64,000 bases of DNA from a virus. Lineage: Duplodnaviria > Caudoviricetes. Positions within the stretch are counted from its first letter, which is position 1, and each line of letters opens with the position of its first letter. Below are positions 10,101 through 19,100 of the stretch, one piece after another. The notes below the pieces were generated by a model. The model had not been told where the DNA came from. It worked only from the letters and a program-made list of their open reading frames with translations, and did not search any database. The stretch spans positions 192,001-256,000 of IMG/VR virus record IMGVR_UViG_3300021431_000076; one strand, given 5' to 3'. The position numbers were made by a program, and so were the translations under genes.

Positions 10101-13100
10101 TTAAAAGAAATGCCAAAGAATTAGCTAAAGATCTTAGTGATGATATCACTCATATTTCTCAACAAGGTTATGCTGCTTTACTTACTGCAGATTTATATGC
10201 ACAAGATAAAGTTAATAAAGCTGCTAATTATGTGATGGATAATAAAGATGAAATAGCAAATGCTCCATTAGTAATCTTAAATGGTGTATTAGATGCAATA
10301 GCAAAATTAGGAGATAGTGGTATAGAACAGTTGGCTCAATTAAATGCTAAACTCCATGGAGATTTTTATGAAACTAAAGAAAACGCTATAACAAGAACTT
10401 TAGGAGAATTCAAATCATTCGATTCTTTATCTGATGATGAAAAAGCTGAATTAACTGGAAAAGATAAACCAGAACCTAATTCTATTAAAGCCATGAATAA
10501 CACTAAAACAACTTCTATGGTTGAAGATAATGGAAGAGTTGTTTTTGGTGATCCTAATGAAAACAAAAAACAAGAAGAAAATAAAAATCAAGAACAACCT
10601 AAAAAAGACGAAGAACCTAAAGAAGAACCTAATGCTCTTCATAGAATTCAAGAAGGTATAAAAGAAAAAGCAAAAGAAACTAAAGATGAAGTTAAAGAAA
10701 CTCTTAAAGACGAAGTAGAGAAAATAAAAGAAACTACTAAAGAATTAGTGGTAGAGCCTATAAAAGATGCAGCTACTAAAGTAAAAGATGAATTAGAATC
10801 ATTAGCAAATAGTATAAAAACTACTGCTCAGGTATTTTCAAAATTTGGAAATCCAATAGAAAATGTTGAAAAAGATACACATGATCAAATAGATAATAAA
10901 ACTGATAAAAACCCTCCAATAGCTACATATGGATTACCATTCTTTGATACATTTGCTGCTGGTGGAATAGCAGCAGCAGCTGCTAGTAGTGGTGGTGGAT
11001 CTCTAATGGGATCAATTTTCAAAGGTGCTGTTGGTGGAGCATTAGATCATTTCACTGGCGGTGATTCAAAAGATAAAAAAGAAGATTCTAATAATACAAA
11101 AGAAACTCAATCTAAATCAACTCCACAATCACCAGATATATCTTCTAATGATATAAAATCTGTTGGTGGATTAATAAGTTCATTAGTAAGTAAATCATCT
11201 GGTGGAGCTCCAGATATAAATTCAAAAGACAATATTTCTTATACATCTGATGCTGATGGTAATCCAATTGCTATCACTAAAGGTCCAGATGGAACTCCAA
11301 TGAAAGTTCGTAACAAAGACAATGCAATGATAGAAGAGAAACATAAAAAAGAATTCTCATTCAAAGAAAGATCAGCAAATGCATTAGAAGCAATTGCAGC
11401 TTCTATTGGAGCAAAAGCAAAAGATGCGGCTGGTACATTGGGTAAAGGTGCTGCTAAAGCTGGTGGAGGATTATTTGGAGGATTATTAGATTCTATTGGC
11501 GGAATATTAAATATGCTATGTTTAGGTTTGCCAGTAGGAACAATGCTAATTGGTGCTCTAAAATCATTACCAGGAAAAATATTCAAGTTCTTTGGTGGAA
11601 AGCTATTTGATAAATTCAAAGATAAATTACCTGATTCTATTTCTAAGAAAATAGGAAAAATGCTAGGCAGAGATGAAGATGACGAAGATGATGAGGATGA
11701 AGACGACGAGGATGATTCAAAGTCAAAAGATAAGAAATCAAAAAAAAAGAAAGATAAAAAGAAATCTAAGAAAGATAAAGATGATGAAGAATCTAATTCT
11801 ATAAAATCAGAAGCTAAGAAAAAGAAGAAGAAAAATGGTAAGAAAAAGAAAAAAGGTAAAAAAGCTGATTCTGTAGAAAATAATGAAAATGAAAATCAAC
11901 AAGAAGAATCTAATTCTATAAAATCAGAGGCTAAGAAAAAGAAGAAGAAGAAAGGTAAGAAATCTAAAAATAAGAAAGCAGACTCTGCAGATTCTGTAGA
12001 AAATAATGAAAATGAAAATCAACAAGAAGAATCTAATTCTATAAAATCAGAGGCTAAGAAAAAGAAGAAGAAGAAAGGTAAGAAATCTAAAAATAAGAAA
12101 GCAGACTCTGCAGATTCTGTAGAAAATAATGAAAATGAAAATCAACAAGAAGAATCTAATTCTATAAAATCAGAGGCTAAGAAAAAGAAGAAGAAGAAAG
12201 GTAAGAAAAAGAAACAGCAATCAACTAAATCAAATAATAAAGATAGTAAAGAAGAATCTAATTCTATAAAATCAGAAGCTAAGAAAAAGAAAAAGAAGAA
12301 AAAGGATAAGAAAAAGAAATCAAAAGGATCAAATTTAGTAAATGGAGGATTAGCAGCTTTATCCACTGCTGCTAGTTTAATAGCTACAAATGATAATTCA
12401 TTATTTGGTTCTATATTAGGATTTGATGATGAAGATGATGAAAAAGAAGATGACGCTAAAGATTCTGATGAAAATTCAGAAGATGATGATGAAAAAGAAG
12501 CTGAGAAACCTAATCATTATGCTAATATTTTCAATAATTTAAGTAAGATTATAGATAACAGTGATAAAGAAGAAGTAGATATAGATCCTTATATGGCTAT
12601 AATGCAATCTATAAATTCTATTTTACTTGGTGACGAAGAAGAAGAAAATGACGAAGATGATGACGACGAAGAAGAAGAAGAGGAAGAAGAAGTCAAAAGT
12701 AAAAAGAAAAAGAAGAAAAATAAAAAGAAATCTAAAAAAGAAACAAACGCAATCAAAGAAGAAGCTAAGAAGAAGAAGAAAAAGGGTAAGAAAAAGGCAG
12801 ACTCTGCAGATTCTGTAGAAAATGATGAAAATCAACAAGAAGAATCTAATTCTATAAAATCAGAGGCTAAGAAAAAGAAGAAGAAGAAGAAGAAAGGTAA
12901 GAAATCTAAAAATAAGAAAAAGAAAAAATCAAAATCTAGAAGTTCAATAGCAAATATAGCTGAATCAGGAGGAGCTGCTGCAGCAATTATTGATATATTA
13001 GGACCTGATGATGAAGAAGAAGAAGAAGAAAATGATGGTTCAAATTCAATTAAAGATATGATTGAAGAAGCTGATTTTTCAACTGGAACAGAAAAAGCAA

Positions 13101-16100
13101 AAGGGCGCAAAAAGAAAGGCAAAGCTTCAGAAGTAGCATCAAAAATAGATGAAATGACAAATTCTTCAAAAGCAGAGCAAAAATCTGCTGTTCAAATGGC
13201 TATTGGAAAAATAAAATCAACACTACAGACTGTTATTTCTGCAGTTGGAAAATGGTTCCCTGGTAAAGAAACAGCAACTGCTATAGATACTTTTTGTAGA
13301 AAGATTATAGGTAAAATAGCAACAGAACAAGGTGAACAGGCTATTGCTAAAGCTGTTGCAAAACAAGCAGCTTCTGCATCTGCTGGTGCAGCTACTATGG
13401 GAATTGGTACTGCTGTAGTTACTATTGGATTTGCTGCTACTGAATTTATTCATGGTTTTAATAATGCATCTGAATTGTTTAAAATAGCTGAAGCTGTTGT
13501 AACATTTGGAATGAGAACCTTAGCTGGTTTAGTTTGTGCAATTCATGCTGCACTCACTTCTATTCCTGTTGTTGGTATAGCAGTAGCTATATTTGTAGAT
13601 CCGGATAAATTATTAGAAGATGCTATAGATATAATTGGTCCTGCTGTTGGTATAACTAGACAAGATCTAGATAATTTGCGCAAAAGTGGACAAGATAAAA
13701 TTGATCAAGATGTAGCAGATGCTGCTGAACAAACAAATCTAAGCCCATCATATACAGATTCTATTAAAGCAGCTGCAGGTTCTGCAGTTGGTATGGTAGT
13801 ACAAGGAGCATCAAGTTTTGCTGGAATACTTGCTGATAAAGCTAAAGATGCTATGTCTAGTATTGGAGATGCTACAGGAAAAGCAATGAGTTTTGCTAAA
13901 GATACAGCAGCTGGTGTTGGTAACTGGATAAAAGAAAATGCATCTAAAGGTTATCAATTCTTATCAGATACTGCTTCTTCTGCATGGCAAACTGCTAAAA
14001 ACTATGGTTCAAAGGCATATGATACTGTTGCTAGTGTTGTAAGCGGTGCTAAAGATAAATTCTCTGGACTAGTAAGTTCTGCTAAAAGTTATGCTTCAAA
14101 TTTATTTGGTAAAGGTAAAAATGATCAAACCGATAATGGTTTATTTGGAACTGGAATACATTCTCAATTAGATCCTAAAATAGCAGGAATGCCATTCAAT
14201 AAAGCAGGAGATACAGAAAAACAAACTGTTAGAGATTCTGCTTGTGGTCCAATGGCTATGGCTAATGCTCTTGAGGGTTTGGGATATTCTATAAATGATA
14301 CAGATATACTCAAAAAGACTTTAAATGGTAAAGAAACTAATGGTGGTATGCCAGATTATGTATTATCTGAATATGCAAATAGACAAGGAGCCTCTACTAG
14401 AAATATTGGAACAAGTTATCAAGATCTAAAGGAATCTTTAATGAGTGGAAATCCATTAGTTTTAATGGGTCAAAATAATATAGGTGAGACAGATAAAGAT
14501 CCATTTGCTGAGAATCCTCACTATGTGACGGCTCAAGGTATAGATAAAGATGGATATGTAACAATCAAAGATCCAGAATCATATAATCCAATTAAGAAAT
14601 ATAAATTATCCGATATAGCTAAAACAACTACACTTGCTACTGAAGTAGGAAAAGGTAAATTTGGTAGATCTAGATATGGCAAAGGACCAACATTAGATGA
14701 GAATCCACCATTTGGTTCAATTGCTGCTGAATTGGCTAAGAGAACAGGTTCAAAACACCCCGAATTCTTCTGGGCTCAAATGATGCATGAAACTGGTGGA
14801 CCAGAAAACGAAAAGAAATGGAATGCTAAACATCCAGAATATGGTGATATTCATAACTATGGTGGATTTACATGGTATTCTGGTATGGGCGAAGAATATA
14901 AAGGACCTCCTCGTCCAAAGAGTGAAGGAGGATATTACGCTAAATTCAAATCAGATGCTGAATATGCTGATATGGCATTCAGAAAAGTCTATAAATCATA
15001 TGCAAATGAATTGGCTAAATGCAATACTGTAGAAGAATTTGCTGCAGTTCTTAAGAAACATGGATACTATGATGATACTGAAGCAAACTATGTAGCATGC
15101 CTTAATAGATGGCTAAATCAATATAAAGGAAAACTTGGCAATATTTCTGGTATGAGTATATCTGGAGATGCATCTAACACTTCTGCATCATCAAATGGAA
15201 CTTCTTCTACTGGAGGTAAATTTGGTGATAATAATGGTCAAAGTGTAGCTGGTTTCTTCAAAGCTATTTCTGATTCTTCAAAAATAATCAAGTCTAGTAT
15301 AGAAGCTGGAACTAAAAGAATATTTGGTAAAGGTAAAAGTAAATGGGGTAGAGAAAAATCAAATGGTACTGGAGAAGATATATATGCTTATCTAAAATCT
15401 AAAGGATTATCAAATCAAGCTATAGCTGGAATAATGGGCAACTGGTACGCAGAAAGTAAATGGAAATCATCTCTAGTTGAATGTAAAAAACCACCCTGGA
15501 GAGAAATCAGTTCTGATACAATGACTATAGACGGTAACACTGGATATGGTTTAGCTCAATGGACTTATATAACTAGACAGCAAAAATTACATGAATTTAT
15601 GAAATCAAAAGGTTTACAAGATTCAGATTACAAAGGTCAAATAGATTTTGTGTTCTCTGGACAAGATGGAGATATAAATCCTGTTATAAAATCTATGGAT
15701 AAAATGTCTCCAGAAGAAGCAGCAAGAGAATTTTTAGATAAATATGAACATAAAATATTAGATACAAAAAATACAGAGAGGTATCATCTATCAGAAAGAC
15801 AAAAGGCTGCAAAAGAAGTATTTGAAAAACAAGGAAAAGGCATGAGTGGTGTTAGCTCCTTAACAGGATCCTCCTCAGGATCATCTTCTAATGCTTCTGC
15901 AGATGTTCAAGATGAAAAAGAAACTGGAATTTTTGGAGCATTAGCTCAATTAGCAAAAAGAGTAGGATCTATTATCAATATTTTTGGTAGTGGAGATAAC
16001 GGTAGTTCTGGTGGAGGTAGTAATAGTATTGGTGGAGGAGCAAATGTAACAGAAATTGCCGATAAAATCATAAAAATGGCTAATGCCTATGCAAATTCCC

Positions 16101-19100
16101 CAATAACATATGCGATGACAAATCCTGTAGCTGTACCTCCAGCCAAAGGATCATGTGATTGTTCAGGAATGGCAATGTCTTGCTATAAAGCTGGTGGAAT
16201 AGATATAACTAGAACTGCAGATACTCAATATGAATTTTTCAAGAAACATAATGCAATATACAAAGGCGATATTAAAAGTTTACAACCTGCTGATCTGGTA
16301 TTTACAAGAGATTCTAGTGGTCAAATAGATCATGTATTTGTATACATTGGTAATGGAAAAGCTGTAAATATGGGTCAGAATCATAGAGAGCGTGGAAATT
16401 TAGCAGGATTAAATTCTGCAGGTGGAGATGCTGTCTATTATAATGGATGGGAAAAAATTCAAGCTGGTATAGATTATCATAAAGGTGGAGCAGAATTTGG
16501 TAGCTTAACTAAACTTTGTTCTGCATTAGGCCTTGGATCTTCATCTTCTGGAGGATATCATGGCGGAGATAAGAGATCAAAGACTACTAGAATTATTATA
16601 CACCATACAAGTGGTTCTAAGACAAGTGATCCAGATCCATCAGCAGCAGAAATCAATAAATGGCATACCGCTCCTCCAAGAAATTGGAATTGCATAGGAT
16701 ATCACTATGTAATTCGTAAAAATGGTTCAATAGAAAAAGGTCGAAATGAAGATGAAATAGGTGCTCACGCAGAAGGGGCTAATAATGATTCTATTGGTAT
16801 TCATGTTGGTGGGGAATTCATGTATTTCAAACCAACTGAAAAACAGATAGAATCTCTTATCAAATTGATACAACAACTTTGCAAGAAATATAATATTCCT
16901 ATAGATCGTAAACACATTTTGGGTCATAGAGAAGTAGGTCAAACTGATTGCCCTGGGGATAATCTATATAATCAATTAGATTCTATAGTTGCTAAAGCAG
17001 CTGGTAGCGGTAAAGGTAAATATAGATTTGGTAGAGGCAAACCAAACGTACCAAGTCTAATAGAAAAGAAATCAAATAGTTTTGGTAAAGGAAAATCAAA
17101 ATATGGTAGAGCTGGATATCTTAATTCAACTGGAAATGTTGGATTTGCCAATTATGACTATTTAAAATCAAACACAATCAATCCTCCTACTAATAATTCA
17201 GATTATAAATTCACAAATACAGATTTAACTCAAAAGCATTTAGATGCTGCTCTTAAAGGAGAGACATATCAAAGTCGTAAAGATCCTATTACTGGTAAAC
17301 TTCTAACAGCTAAAGATATGGAAACTGCTGCAAAAGCAGGTGTAACTCAAAATGTTAAAAAAGAAGATATCAAATCTCTAGAAGAATGGAATAAAGCTAA
17401 AGAAGAAGGAAGAGAAGTTCAAGTATCAGCTCCAGAAAATTCTGTAATTGATATAGCTGAACAAGGTAAACAAGAATCTCAAACTAATTTAATGGATCAA
17501 TTCTTTGGTGGTGTTGGAGAAAAATTAAATGCAATAGAACAAAAATTAGCTCCTATTAAATCTGGAATTCTAAGTAAACTTGGATCAGTTATAACAGAAA
17601 AATTTGGCAAATTCTCTAATCTAATTGGAGATCCTTTAGGAATGTTTAAAGGATTCTTTGGTTCAAAAGATAATTCATCTTCTTCAAGTGCTGATGGTTC
17701 ACATGGTGGTGGAGGAGGAACCTTTAATGGTGATGCTACAGCTATACCAGCTACAGGTTCTGCTGCTGCTGCTTTAAAGAAAGCCCTCAATTGTGAAATT
17801 ACTAGTCAATTTGGTCCACGTGATGGAGGAGTTCACCATGGTATAGATTATGGTATTGGTACAGGAACTCCTGTTCCTACTGTAACTGATGGTGTAATTG
17901 ATGATATAGGATCTCAAGGTGGAGCTGGATATGGTAACTATGTTGTCGTAAAAGATAAGAAAGGTATGTATCATATCTATGCACATTTAAGCAAAAACGA
18001 TCTAGCTAAAAAAGGCGATTCAGTTAAAGCTGGTCAAATTATAGCTAAATCTGGTCATAGTGGTCATTGTATTCCAGATGGTCCTAATGGATCACATTTA
18101 CACTATGGAATCTATAATAATCCTAATTGTGCTGCTGGTGACGGATGCATTAATCCAAATTCTTATAAAATAGATGGATTGAGCTCTTCAGGTCAAGGAA
18201 AATATGGTAGAGGTAAATTAATCAAGATAAATCCTGTCAAAACTAAAGGTTCTGATAGAGGTGGAGTCGATACAAAGAAATATGTTCCTAAGAGTGGTAG
18301 AGGCAAATTCAAATCTACTGGATTAGAAGATCTAGATATTACTAGAACTGCTACATATCCAGATTTCCCTAAAGAAGCTAAAAGTCCAGATAACAATTTT
18401 GGTATATCTGATGAGATGATCAAACAATCTAAATTTGGTCAAGGTAAATATGGTAGAGGATTTGATCTAAATAGTGTATTAAACGTACTAGGAACAATAG
18501 CACAATTTGCAAATCTTAATAGGAATCCATTTATTGTGGGTGGTGGATTTGCTGGAAACAATGCTCAACAGAAACCACAGAATAATATAAAACAAAATCA
18601 AAGCAAAAAGAAAGAAGTAGATAAGAAGCTCATAGCTCCTAATGGATTGCAATATACACAAAATGATATTGATTATATACTCAAGAACTCTGATAAATTT
18701 GGTGGAGCTAAAACTATAGATGATGCTATAAAGATTCTAGAAAAAGACAAAAAATATACAGAAAAACAAGAAGACACTAAGAAACAGATTGCTCCTAATG
18801 GATTGCAATACACTCAAAATGATATTGATTATATACTCAAAAATCCTAACTTATTTAATGGGGCTAAAACAGAAGAAGATGCTATTAAGATTCTATCTAA
18901 AGATAAGAAATATACCGAGAAACCAAAAGATACTAAGAAAGAAGAAAAGAAAACTGCGACTCAAGAACAAAAAGAAACAGCTCTTAAAGAATATAAAAAA
19001 CGAATAGAAACATTCTCCAATGTGCCAGTAGCTCAGCAGAGATTGATGTTGCAAATGGGTCTTGGTCCAAAAGTTCCTCAAATTCTATTAGAAGAAGAGG

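Noticed and set aside
11786-12900. CRISPR-like repeat array
   Set aside because: Repeats are in-frame coding duplications with near-identical intervening sequence; no cas genes
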